A stretch of 62,680 nucleotides of DNA, counting the filler, from Pirum gemmata (taxonomy: Eukaryota), in NCBI GenBank assembly GCA_002812295.1. It is 22 parts of 22 records of this genome, joined end to end, with 100 filler letters (N's around TTAATTAATTAA, not from the genome) between each part and the next. Parts side by side here need not be neighbours in the genome. Positions count along the whole stretch, not along the records: positions 1 to 2,621 come from PDIN01005437.1; positions 2,722 to 5,115 come from PDIN01005438.1; positions 5,216 to 7,798 come from PDIN01005439.1; positions 7,899 to 10,436 come from PDIN01005440.1; positions 10,537 to 15,009 come from PDIN01005441.1; 17 more parts are not named here. The stretch is one strand, 5' to 3'. This document shows positions 1 through 11,283 of this stretch, one piece after another. The notes beneath the pieces were generated by a model that had not been told where the DNA came from, searched no databases, and saw only the letters and a program-made list of their open reading frames with translations. Both the position numbers and the translations under genes were made by a program. Within the stretch, counting starts at the first letter, position 1; each line of letters opens with the position of its first letter.

Positions 1-112
1 TCTGTCACTGGACCCCACCCCCGTCCAGGCCCCCCTATCTGCCACCACTATCGGGTGTTGACGCAAGAGATTGACTATGACCTAGCAGAGGCCTACTAGT
101 AGCAGAGGCACT

Positions 113-290
113 ATTTCATTACCGTTGTCCTCTCAATCTTTAATTCACTGTTTAAATGTATAGTTGAACTTTTTTATAAAATACAATTTTAAAAGCATAA
201 AATACCAAATTAATTAAAAAACATGTCTGATCTATAATTTTTAATAACCATAATAATAATTTGGCACGTTTATTTCAGTTTTCGAAAAAC
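113..290 (+). mobile_element. MITE-like dispersed repeat, family A (~190 bp), partial copy
   Basis: tttcattaccgttgtcctctcaatctttaatt...tttatttcagttttcgaa matches copies at ~905-1100, 21857-22045(-), 22065-22200(-), 33915-34100, 34953-35152, 35980-36150, 51022-51223(-), 55780-55945. Confidence 0.8.
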
Positions 291-302
291 AGACCTTTTG
301 GT

Positions 303-480
303 TATTATGGTGCAAACAATTTTTAAAAACGTCCAACTTTTTTTTACCATAATTATAATGAATATATATGTTCGAAAATTTCAAACCTATTAAATACCTA
401 TTACATTACTTATATTTGAAAACTGAAAATTCTATTGAAACCTAATATCGGACGTTTTTGAATTGTTTGTACTATATTAA
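303..480. mobile_element. MITE-like element, family H
   Basis: Imperfect inverted ends atggtgcaaacaatttttaaaaacgtcc / ggacgtttttgaattgtttgtactat; second copy in opposite orientation at ~1435-1625. Confidence 0.6.
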
Positions 481-1643
481 TAAATCATAGGTAGAACTGA
501 CCCGAAAAATTGCGAGCTTACTCATAATTTCGTAAACAGTCACCCCCAAAAAGCCTCCCCCCAACTATAATCCCCCAAAAGCCTCCACCACCAGCCACCA
601 CCATTCCACCAACACAAAAACGACCAATAGATTAGGCCTCCGATAGTAAGAAAAACTAAAAAAAATCGAATAAAAAGTTTTTTTTTTTTTTTTTTTTTTT
701 CTCAATCAAAAATAAAACTATTCTAACCATTTGAAGAGGATTTTTTAAAAAATGGTTAGAATGTTTAGTTTAGAGGGTTCTGGTGAAGAAATAAGAATTC
801 TATGTTACCCATTAGATAGGGCTCTTTGGTTTATGAAAAACACGATAATCAAATACTTCAAAAAAAGTCACCTGTATGATTTATGTTATTATATTATCGT
901 TTATTTAATTTGAAATTGTTTATTAAGTGTATAAATTATTGGACTTTTTTATTTAAATATATTAAGTATATAATTGAACTTGTTGTAAAATACAACATTA
1001 AGTATAAAAATTTAATGCCAAATTAATTATATTAAAAAACATGTCTGATAGTTTTTAATTGTAATAATAATTTGGAAAGTTTATTTCAGTTTTTGAACTA
1101 AAATTGCACTAAATAATATTATCATAATCATATATAAACAATTTTTTAGTTTTTTACTAACCAATATCATACTCTTGTGACCCATTTTTCTTGTACAAAG
1201 CCATTTTTTTAAAAGTTATGAATAATATTATAATTTAGATAATAGGGTTTGGGTCTAGTAACTTGTTGTATGATAATAATAATAATAGATAATATGACCA
1301 TATTTGGTAAATAAATGTACCATATTTGGTAAAATGATTACTTTTTTTGGTAACTTAAACCTATATTTTGGTGATTTTTTTGAATGAATATAAAAACTAT
1401 ATTTATAAACAAACTAAATACTAATATTTATAAAATATGGTCAAACAATTTTTTTTAAAAAAAAAACGTCCAACTTTTGCGTTTCACCAAAATTTTCAGT
1501 TTTCGAATATAATTAGTGTAATAAGTATTTTTAAAAAATAGGTAGGTTTGAAATTTTGAAACATAAAAAAAAAAAACAAATAAATAAAAAACGTTGGACG
1601 TTTTTAGAATGAATGCACCATATAATACACAGTATGACTTAGA

Positions 1644-1856
1644 CTCCCAATTCTGCTCTGTTTAAAATTCGAGATTTCGAGTCTGTATACTAATTAATAA
1701 GTTCGAAATGTTCAATCTTACAATTAAGTATCCAAATATATTTATTTATTTATAAACCTGAAAAATACGAAAAAAAATATTTTTCGAACGTACCTGAATT
1801 TTGGCTTTTTTTTGACAGCAGAAATTTGAGTTTTCGGGCTTGAGCAGAATTGGGAG
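1644..1856. mobile_element. MITE, family E (~215 bp)
   Basis: 15-bp TIR ctcccaattctgctc / gagcagaattgggag; related copies at ~6725-6900(-), 7392-7600, 7763-7798 (end only), 49290-49535. Confidence 0.8.
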
Positions 1857-2029
1857 AGGCCTAGCTAGACTCTAGCTAGCTAGTATGATTAGGTTTATTA
1901 TTTTAGGAAATATTTTTATTGGCTTTTTTAAGTTTTTTTTTAATATGATTGTCTATTCCTAGACTTTCTTAGTTGACTAGAACCAATCACCTACTAGCTA
2001 GAGCTAGAATCACTATGATAGAAAAAAAN

Positions 2030-2084
<55 letters not shown>

Positions 2085-2621
2085 TTTTTATATCCAAGTT
2101 TTTTCTCCTAGTAGATTTTTTCAGCTTTTTTCTCCTAGATTTTTTCAGCTATTTTTTCTGTTTTTTCTCTAAATTTTTTTTAGGGATTTTTTCTTTCAGT
2201 GTAAATGGCTGTATTTTCTAATATAGAAAAACTATTAGTTGGTTTTATTCATTGATGGAAGGCGAAACTAAGGCGAACCAATAGACTATAATGATAGTAT
2301 TCCCTGAGGGGACCCTGACTCCGCGGACTGTAATAATAAATTAAATAATTCCTATTAATAATAGACTATCGATAATTATTCTGAAAAATAACAGGTAAAA
2401 TAAAAGCAATTTTATTTTATAAGTTATATCATGATAGCTTTTTTTAATAATGTTGTCCAGCTTATAAACAAGTTCAAGTACACACTTTTATGTAAAATAT
2501 TATTATTATTATTTTTTATTTTTATTATATTGTGCTGTTTATTATTTTTTATAGTGCCGTTTTGTTGAGTAGGAGAATTTAGATTAATGCTATTAGTATT
2601 CATATTTCAATATTATATTAT

Positions 2622-2721
2622 NNNNNNNNNNNNNNNNNNNNNNNNNNNNNNNNNNNNNNNNNNNNTTAATTAATTAANNNNNNNNNNNNNNNNNNNNNNN
2701 NNNNNNNNNNNNNNNNNNNNN
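2622..2721. other. Artificial scaffold spacer (N44-TTAATTAATTAA-N44); first of ~21
   Basis: Same spacer recurs at ~5116, 7799, 10437, 15010, 17697, 20193, 22896, 25593, 28311, 31029, 33747, 37939, 40617, 43307, 46024, 48711, 51373, 54066, 56765 and 59992; intervening contigs are of similar size. Confidence 0.97.
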
Positions 2722-2732
2722 TTATTATTATA

Positions 2733-2764
<32 letters not shown>

Positions 2765-4050
2765 ATATTATTATTAAATAATTTTGGCATCCAATAAAAC
2801 ATGGGAATTCGAAGTTACTGCTATGGTATGAGTTATAGAAAATAATATTTCAGTAAAAACATTATCAGATATAATAAATATTGAGTTTTCAAATATTTAT
2901 GTAAGGAATAAGGTTTAAAGGGTAAACAAATGTAAATTAGTACTTCACTAGCTTTTTTGGAATTTTGCTCTACAGTAGCACACTCTAATAACCCTGTTTC
3001 CTTAAGCTTGGCACACATAACATGAGGGGTGAGATTACTAATTAATGTTATGAACAATCGTGTAGTTTGGGGAACAATGATGATTTTAACAATGATGATT
3101 TTAACAATGATTTTAACAATGATATTGATGGTATATAGGTAAAGGTAATATTAATTATAAGGGTAAGGGTAAGGGTAAGGATAAGGGTAAGGGTAATGAT
3201 GGTATAATGGAAATGGAAATGGAAATGGAAAGGGCAAGGGCAAGGGCAAGGGCAAGGGTTAGGGTTAGGGTTAGGGTTAGGGTTAGGGTTAGGGTTATTG
3301 ATGGTGATGATAAGTTTTAATTAATGATTTGATTGCCACTTGGTTTTCTAAAGGTGGTTGTTCTTGTATGATATTTTAAAATTCTTGTTAATTGCTGCGC
3401 AGAACCTGCGAAAATGTCTTATCAGTTAGCGGCTTAATAAGCATCTAGATCATTGGCTAGATAATTAGATGTAAGATATGCATATCCTATTTTTTCCTAT
3501 TTTTTCCTATTTTTTTATTTTGATTTAAAAAAACAATACTATATTTACTTTATAAAGAAAATAAGACTATGTTTTTAGTAACTAAATTTACTAAAAGTAG
3601 GATACGACTAGGATAAGTAGGATTTTCCCAAAACACTTTCATCAAAAGTGAATGCGCTGAGATAATGCGCATTATTATGAATTTTGCAAAACTTTCAGAT
3701 TATCATTTTTATTACTCAGATCTAGATTTTGATGTCTCAGATTAAGTTTTATAGTAGTTTTTCGAATGACAATTTTTTTTGTATATTTTTTAATCACTAG
3801 TAAAATAAAACGTAGCAAATAAATATTAATTGTATCCAATTGATTTAAAAATTAAAAGTAATTTTAAAAAATTAGCATTTTTAAACTTACTTTTAAAATT
3901 TTAAAAATACCCAATTACTATTATATAGCTTAAAAAAATTCAAGCGATTTGTTTGGCTATTTATCTGGAGGAAACGGGGAAATATATTAAATATGACGTA
4001 GGTATATATTGTGATTACGTTATAATTTGGTTAGGAATTGTTAGTTAGTG

Positions 4051-4226
4051 TTAGGGTTAGGGTAGGGTTAGGGTTAGGGTTAGGGTTAGGGTTAGGGTTA
4101 GGGTTAGGGTTAGGGTTATGGTTAGGTAAGGTAGGGTTAGGGTTAGGGTTAGGGTTAGGGTTAGGGTTAGGGTTAGGGTTAGGGTTAGGGTTAGGGTTAG
4201 GGTTAGGGTTAGGGTTAGGGTTAGGG
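4051..4226 (+). repeat. Interstitial (TTAGGG)n array
   Basis: Near-perfect TTAGGG tandem inside a contig; similar arrays at ~3257, 6983, 26148, 34543(-), 35400, 38368, 39209, 54166(-). Confidence 0.95.
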
Positions 4227-4848
4227 TAATGCGTAGATATGTGACGTTTTTCAGCTTTTTTTTAAATTTTCTTCCCCTCTTGAAAATAATGGATCACATA
4301 TTTTTTTGTTTCACGAGCTCAAAGCCTCAAACGAATGAAAAAAGACTGAAAAAAGCGTGTTACGTAACTGTTACGTACTATGATACTTACGCTGCTACTA
4401 TTTATTATTATAATTATTATGTTTTTGTATTGTATTAAAAATTTTATTAATAATTATTATTGTTCTCATTATTACCATTACCATTACCATTACCATTTCC
4501 ATTTCCATTTCCATTACCTTTACCATTTCCATTAGCATTAGCATTAGCATTAGCATTAGCATCAACATTACCCTTACCCTTACCCTTACCCTTACCCTTA
4601 ATTACCGTTACCACCCTTACCCTTACCCTTACCCTTACCCTTACCCTTGCCCTTGCCCTTGCTCTTTCCATTTCCATTTCCATTTCCATTATACCATCAT
4701 CACTCTTACCCTTACCCTTACCCTTACCTTTACCCTTACCTTTACCTTTACCTTTGCCGTTACCGTTACCCTTACCCTTACCAGTACCAGTACCAGTGTC
4801 GTAGAGTTGTTGTAATTTTACTCTACTTTCTTTTTCACATTTTAATTA

Positions 4849-4999
4849 ATGACTGATAAAATAGTTGACAGTAAGGTTGAGCCAAATGAAGATGAACCGG
4901 AAAAATTGGAAACAACAACAAAATGCAACGAACAAGTTGATTCTAAACAGCAAGTTCATTTAGTGAAAGAAAAAGCAAAGACTGATTCTTCTTTAGTTG
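4849..4999 (+). CDS. Possible exon of an unknown protein
   Basis: Non-repetitive charged peptide MTDKIVDSKVEPNEDEPEK... ending at a GT followed by microsatellite; no family recognised. Confidence 0.3.
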
Positions 5000-5084
5000 G
5001 TAGCTATGTTATTATGATTATGATTATGAATTATGAATATGATTTTGATTTTTTTTTTTGATTATGATTATGATTATGATTCTG

Positions 5085-5115
<31 letters not shown>

Positions 5116-5809
5116 NNNNNNNNNNNNNNNNNNNNNNNNNNNNNNNNNNNNNNNNNNNNTTAATTAATTAANNNNNNNNNNNNNNNNNNNNNNNNNNNNN
5201 NNNNNNNNNNNNNNNAATAATATATTATTATTATATTATTATTATATATCGGATAGACCCTATGTCTAAAGTAGAAAAGAAACTTTGTGAAGTCTGTCCA
5301 TGGGTTAGGGTGGGTGGGACCTTAGGGTTAGGCTGGTTAGGGTTAGGGTTTTAGTCCCTTTTTTAGGGTTAGAAAGGCCCTGTTGTCGATAGCTAGCTAG
5401 TTAGAGGGTTAGGGTTAGGGTTAGGGTTAGACTCTAGCTAGCTAGTAGGATTGGGGGTGGGGTGAGGGTTGGGGTTGGGGTTAGTGTTGGGGTTGGGGTT
5501 AGGGTTGGAGAGAGTTCGGAAAAGTTTTCCCGCGTTTTTTTGCCCTAGCTAGCTACTACTAGTTTTTTTGCCAGTCTTTAGAAAGAAATATCAACCAGCA
5601 GGGAGAAGCGGGAAGAAAAACCATCGAATCGAGACTGAGTAGCTCGAACATTTCGAAAATTTTCGATCTAATTTTTTAAGAAAAATTCATGGCCACATCG
5701 AGTATAACTGTAGTCTATACTCGATAAATTTTTTTATATTTCTTCGAAATTCGAATCCAGGTATATATATTATTATAGTCTATATTGAAAGAGAGAGTGT
5801 CACATGATC

Positions 5810-5998
5810 TATTGTGCTTTTCATTTATTTTGTCACTCAGAATATTTATTTGGTTGTTTATAATATTAAAATTGATACTTTTAAATAAATAAATACATAA
5901 TAAAATATACCAAATTAAATAAAATGGATTTATATTATATTAATTTGGTACCATTTATCGTATATTTTATGACGACAAAATAACTGAAAAGCGCGATA
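5810..5998. mobile_element. MITE, family B (~190 bp)
   Basis: TIRs tattgtgcttttcatttattttgtc / gacaaaataactgaaaagcgcgata; copies at 6345-6532, 16348-16449 (deleted), 18604-18791, 31260-31435, 31676-31908, 33130-33208, 34674-34856, 48820-48943, 49044-49232, 55209-55380, 57815-57987. Confidence 0.88.
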
Positions 5999-8745
5999 AT
6001 ATCTGGTATATTGTACAATATTTATGCTCGGTTTGTGTTGTATTTATATTCGAACAAAACTGTGTCTATGTTCGGTTTTGTGTTATATATTATGCTCGAT
6101 TTTGTGCTTGAGTAAAATATACAATAAATGATACCAAATTAATATAATATAAATCCATTTTATTTAATTTGGTATATTTTATTATATATTTATTTATTTA
6201 AAAAGTATCAATTTAAATATTATAAACTACCAAATAAATATTCGGAGTGACAAAATAAAAGTCGGTTTTGTGTCTTATATAGGCTCGATTTTGTGTCTTA
6301 TATATGCTCGATTTTGTGCTAGAGTCTTCGAATCTAGGTATTTATATTGTGCTTTTCAGTTGTTTTGTCATCATAAAAAATACAATAAATAGTACCAAAT
6401 TAATATAATATAAATCCATTTTATTTAATTTGGTATATTTTATTATATATTTATTTATTTAAAAATGTCAATTTAAAGATTATNCCCTCCAAATAAATAT
6501 TCAGGGTGACAAAATAAATGAAAGGCTCGATATTATGTATATATGTAGAAAGAGAGAGTATGATAAAATATACAATAAAAGGGAGCGTTCAAGTACAGCT
6601 TCAAATACCACCCTACCTACCTACCCCTCGACGTTAATTTCCGGTCAAATACCACCTACCTACCTACCCTTTGACGTGACGTATTATTTGACCAAACAAA
6701 TATAAATCCGAGTATTTTTGTTTTGACACGAAAACTCGAATTTCTGGTGTCAAAAAAAAAGCCAAAATTCAGTTTCGTTCGAAAAAACTTTTTTTTTTCG
6801 TATTTTTCGGGTTTATTAATAAAATAAATATATTTGAATACTTAATTGTAAGTTTAAACATTTCGAGCTTATTAATTAATATATAGACTCGAAATCTCAA
6901 CGTCCGGGCATTTGGTCGGTCGGGCCCGAAATTTCTCTCGGACAAAAATCCAAAAATGTTTACTAATTAACTTGTCTGAGTTTTAGGGTTAGGGTTAGGG
7001 TTAGGGTTAGGGTTAGGGTTAGGGTTAGGGTTAGGGTTAGGGAAAAAATCCCCTATTAAAATTCACGAAATATCGGGACCCGAAAGCAAAGTTTTTTCGG
7101 GGCCCGACTTTTTATTTATCGGACCGGGCAAACTCGGACCAGAAGGAATGTCGGACCTGGCATCTCTGGTTATAATTATCGATATGATAACCTTTTATAA
7201 CTACAAAGGGAGCGTCAATTTCCAGTCAAGTACAGCTTCAAATACCCCTACCTAACTACCCCTTGACGTTAATTTCCAAACTACAAAGACGAGTCAAAGA
7301 TGCCAATCTGATTTCAATTTCTGATTTATTTCTATGATTGGTCAATAGGATTTGCCAACTTCAGATGTGTGGTGTGTAGGAATTGGGCTTCTCCCAATTC
7401 TGCCCTTTTTTAAAAATCGAGTTTTCAAGCCTATTTATTAATTAAATAAGTTCGAAATTTTTGAGCTTACAATTAAGTATTCAAATATATTTATTTATTA
7501 TTTATAAACCCGAAAAAAATGGGAAAAATAATTTTCGAACAGAGCTGAATTTTGGCTTTTTTTTTTGGACAGCAGAAATTTGAGTTTTCGAGCTCGAGCA
7601 GGGTCGGGGCTAAAATACTCGAATCCGTTCGAAACCCGACTCAAATTACTCGACCAGCTTAAAAAATCAAAAAAATATAATAGCAGAATATGATTCGGGA
7701 CCTTTTCCTTTATCGATTCGACTCGATTCGACTCAAAAAATATGAAAGTAAGCTCTCCATAGTAGGCCTCTCCCAATTCTGCTCAAACCCGAAAACTCNN
7801 NNNNNNNNNNNNNNNNNNNNNNNNNNNNNNNNNNNNNNNNNNTTAATTAATTAANNNNNNNNNNNNNNNNNNNNNNNNNNNNNNNNNNNNNNNNNNNNAT
7901 AGTAATAGTAATAGTAATAGTAATAGTAATAGTAATAGTAATAGTAATAGTAATAGTAATAGTAATAGTAATAGTAATAGTAATAGTAATAGTAATATTA
8001 ATAGTAATAGTAATTGTAATAGTAACAGTAATAGTAATAGTGATAGTAATAGTAACAATAACAGTAATAATCATAATAATAGTAATAGACCTATCATGTA
8101 ATAATGACTTTTTTTTTTTGGCCCTTTTTGGAATAACATTTCAATTTTCCACCTTTCATTATGCACAAAAAAGTAAAGAAATGACCAATGGAAAAAATCC
8201 AAAAGAAATTGCTATAATAGGGCAAGCAATTCATAATTTGTTTTCAAGAGATAAATTACCAGACCAAGCCGAACAAAAATGGCGACATCCGCCATATGGG
8301 CGCAAAATCTCAAAATGAACCAATTTCAATAAAGTACTACCAAATGTTGAGAAATATTCTAAATGAGAAAACCTTATTATGAGCCAATAGCTAGTTTTTA
8401 AAAATAAATTGGCAGTTAGTATTTAAGGTTTTTAGAAAAAAGTCTTAAAAAAAAATGGTTTCTACAGTTTTATCGGCTTGGCTAGTAGACCTGGTCTACG
8501 ATAATAATAATAATAAAAGCTGTAAAAAAAAAACTATAAAAAGCCACAAAATAGCAAAACCAAAAACAAAAACAAAAACAAACATCAAAAAAAAAAAGAA
8601 ATATAAAAATATTATTTGTAATAATATTTATAACAATAACAGTAATAATAATAATAATAATAATAAAAATAAAAATAATAATAATAATAATAAACGATAA
8701 TAAAAATAAAAATACCAGTAAATAAAAACAAACAAACAAACAAAA

Positions 8746-10380
8746 ATGAATTTTAAATTGAACTTTGCTTTGACTGCTGCTGCTGGTTACTTGACCGCTG
8801 AAGTCAACAGTATGTGGACTGTTCATTGTGCTTACGGAATCAAAAGCAGACTTGATCCTATCGTCAACCCAGGAGGAGAATCAGACCACGAACATATTGT
8901 AGCTGGTGGCTCTGGCTTTCATGCTGCTATGACTAACGATGATGCCATCAATTCTGATTGTTCCTCTTGTTTTATAAAAGAAGACAAATCCAATTATTGG
9001 ACTCCATCCATCTATTTTGCTCACAAAGAAAACGGCCAAGTCAAATACACCCCACTTGAAGTACAAGGTAATGAACAAATTGTTTATTATAAAACACACC
9101 CTGGAGCACAGCCCATCCCTAAAAACTTACGCATGTTGGCCGGCAACAAAAATCGCCGAAGCTATGATGGCAATGATATGCAACAAAAGTTGATTTATTA
9201 CAATTGTCTTAAATCTGGCAAAAGAACGAATCATTTACCACAAGGAAGAGATTTGGATGAATGTGGTATGATGCGAGCGGAAATTACTTTCCCAAGTTGT
9301 GTTAATGGTGAGCCATACAAAGCAGATCAATCTCACACTGCCTTCCCTACTGGTAGTGATGGCATGGGTGGTTCTTGTCCACCTAGTCACCCTACTCGTA
9401 TTCCAGTCATCTTTTACGAAACCATTTACAATTTTGATCGAATTAAAAAACCTCACCCGGATGCCGAATTAGTGCTTTCTAACGGGGATCCTACTGGTTA
9501 CGGTTGGCATGGAGATTTCTTTAACGGTTGGGAAGAAAATACAATGAAAAATGCTATGAGAGATTGCGGGGGTTTACCTGGTAACGGTAACAAAGCTTCC
9601 GCTCATGAATGTCCACATTTTACCATGCAATCAGTCAACCAACAATGTAAACCTACTGGTGCGGTTGATCCTGATAACAATATGTACGCTAAGGGAGCAA
9701 AATCTATTAAGAAAGAATTTGATAATTTACCTGGTTACCCTACTATTGTTGGTACTCACCCTCACGGCACTAAAGTCTTTAATGATATTGTCAACAAACC
9801 AACTCCTAAACCTGAACAACCTACCCCTAAACCTGAACAACCAACAGTTGGTGCTGATGCTGGTACTGGTTCTTGTCCAGTATTTGTAGCTGCTGCCAGT
9901 TGTCAAGGTCACATTGCTTGGGCTAAATCGACTGGTATCCCAGAAAATCCTTTGTATTACTCAAGCGGTGGAATTACAAAAGACAGTTCTGATTTTGAAT
10001 TTCAACAATTTCTAAACACCTTCCATGCCAACGATTGCCCAACACCTATGTGTAGTTCTCCTCCGCTAAATGATAATATTCCTTCTTCGTCTTGCTCTGG
10101 TTCTAACTCTGCCCTAACAATTGGCTCTGACTGTAGTATGACTAAAACAAGTACTTTTAATATTGGTTTATATAAATTCGCTGAATTAAACGCACGTCTT
10201 AATGGGATGGGCATGACCAAGTTTAAACTTGAGCCAGGGTACACAGTAATTTTGTTTTCCGAAGATAATATGAAAGGAAAATATTTGTTTCTTTCTGATA
10301 GTAATAGCGAATGCTTTAAAGAAATGTTTGAATCTGGTAGCATTAAATCCATGATGGTGTCCACATTTATGAAGCAATAA
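8746..10380 (+). CDS. Secreted DUF1996-domain protein with PT linker, Cys module and C-terminal beta/gamma-crystallin-like region (544 aa, intronless)
   Basis: Signal peptide; DUF1996 hallmarks RLDPIVNPG..SDHEH..GG, CSSC...EDKSNYWTP, LRMLAG, ITFPSC, CPPSHPTRIPVIFYE, SNGDPTGYGWHGDFFNGW; KPEQPTP repeats; C-terminal PGYTVILFSEDNMKG..SIKSMMV. Confidence 0.9.
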   Translation: MNFKLNFALTAAAGYLTAEVNSMWTVHCAYGIKSRLDPIVNPGGESDHEHIVAGGSGFHAAMTNDDAINSDCSSCFIKEDKSNYWTPSIYFAHKENGQVKYTPLEVQGNEQIVYYKTHPGAQPIPKNLRMLAGNKNRRSYDGNDMQQKLIYYNCLKSGKRTNHLPQGRDLDECGMMRAEITFPSCVNGEPYKADQSHTAFPTGSDGMGGSCPPSHPTRIPVIFYETIYNFDRIKKPHPDAELVLSNGDPTGYGWHGDFFNGWEENTMKNAMRDCGGLPGNGNKASAHECPHFTMQSVNQQCKPTGAVDPDNNMYAKGAKSIKKEFDNLPGYPTIVGTHPHGTKVFNDIVNKPTPKPEQPTPKPEQPTVGADAGTGSCPVFVAAASCQGHIAWAKSTGIPENPLYYSSGGITKDSSDFEFQQFLNTFHANDCPTPMCSSPPLNDNIPSSSCSGSNSALTIGSDCSMTKTSTFNIGLYKFAELNARLNGMGMTKFKLEPGYTVILFSEDNMKGKYLFLSDSNSECFKEMFESGSIKSMMVSTFMKQ

Positions 10381-10870
10381 AATAAATTATTAACTAAAAA
10401 ATTAATTAATTTATTATTATTATTATTATTATTATTNNNNNNNNNNNNNNNNNNNNNNNNNNNNNNNNNNNNNNNNNNNNTTAATTAATTAANNNNNNNN
10501 NNNNNNNNNNNNNNNNNNNNNNNNNNNNNNNNNNNNAATTAATAATTAATAATTAATCGATAGGGTTAGGGATGTTCAGGTTATGGTTAGTAAATTAGTA
10601 TTAGAGTTATTAAAAGGTAATAATATATAATTATAATTACTATTACTATTAGTAATATTAATTTAAATACTAATTATAATATAATATGCTATCTCATCAG
10701 TCCCAGCAAATTTAAATTTTTCTTCTGCATCCTCTTGTCAAGATGGGGACGAAGGGAAAGTATTTTTCAATTCATAATAATATTATATTATATTAATTAA
10801 TTAATGCTTTATTCTATTTACTTATAATTATTATTTATATTAATATTATATATAATAATATATTATGTAG

Positions 10871-11283
10871 CTGGTTCTAGTTATGGAGAAATCACTTGTC
10901 CTGCTAATGATATTAAGATTTATCAATGCTATAGCCTCAATGATTTCGATAACTGGGGATTTCACGGTGACATCCTTTCTCCAACACCAACTACAACTAG
11001 TACTAGTACAACATCACCGACGGTAACAACACCAGTCTTTCCTTACGAAAACGGTAAAGGCCCGAATTTTAATAATGTTACAGAAGCAGAAAAGTCGTGT
11101 AAATATTGGTTCGCGAATCATTATAATTATACTAGTTCAGATATAAATAATGTTTGTAACTATGACTGTAATGGTTACAAGGGTAAGTGCTCTAATAGTG
11201 GTGATGGTAGTGATGGAGTAACATTAGTTATTAATAATTTCTTACTTTTTGCTTTGGTTGCCATGTCTGCTATTATATGTTAA
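10871..11283 (+). CDS. Terminal exon of a Cys-rich, Thr-linker cell-surface (GPI/TM-anchored) protein
   Basis: Not in the ORF track. After tag acceptor the frame reads GSSYGEITCPAND...SPTPTTTSTSTTSPT...CKYWF..CNYDCNGYKGKCSNSGDGSDGVTLVINNFLLFALVAMSAIIC*; small residues then a hydrophobic tail. Confidence 0.7.

Noticed and set aside
2666..2677. Recurrent TTAATTAATTAA as a biological motif
   Set aside because: Always embedded in fixed-length N runs; it is a six-frame-stop assembly linker
2940..3410. Short minus-strand exon candidates (similar weak candidates at ~14665-14745, 15465-15530, 51495-51550, 56949-57003)
   Set aside because: Splice-like boundaries exist, but frame and identity cannot be established
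4038..4856. ORFs of (LG)n, (LP)n, poly-L/I/V/T/S and similar, here and at ~7843, 14723, 19226, 34048, 36334, 37349, 50393, 51494, 59045
   Set aside because: Translations of stop-free microsatellites, open in several frames, with no other coding signal
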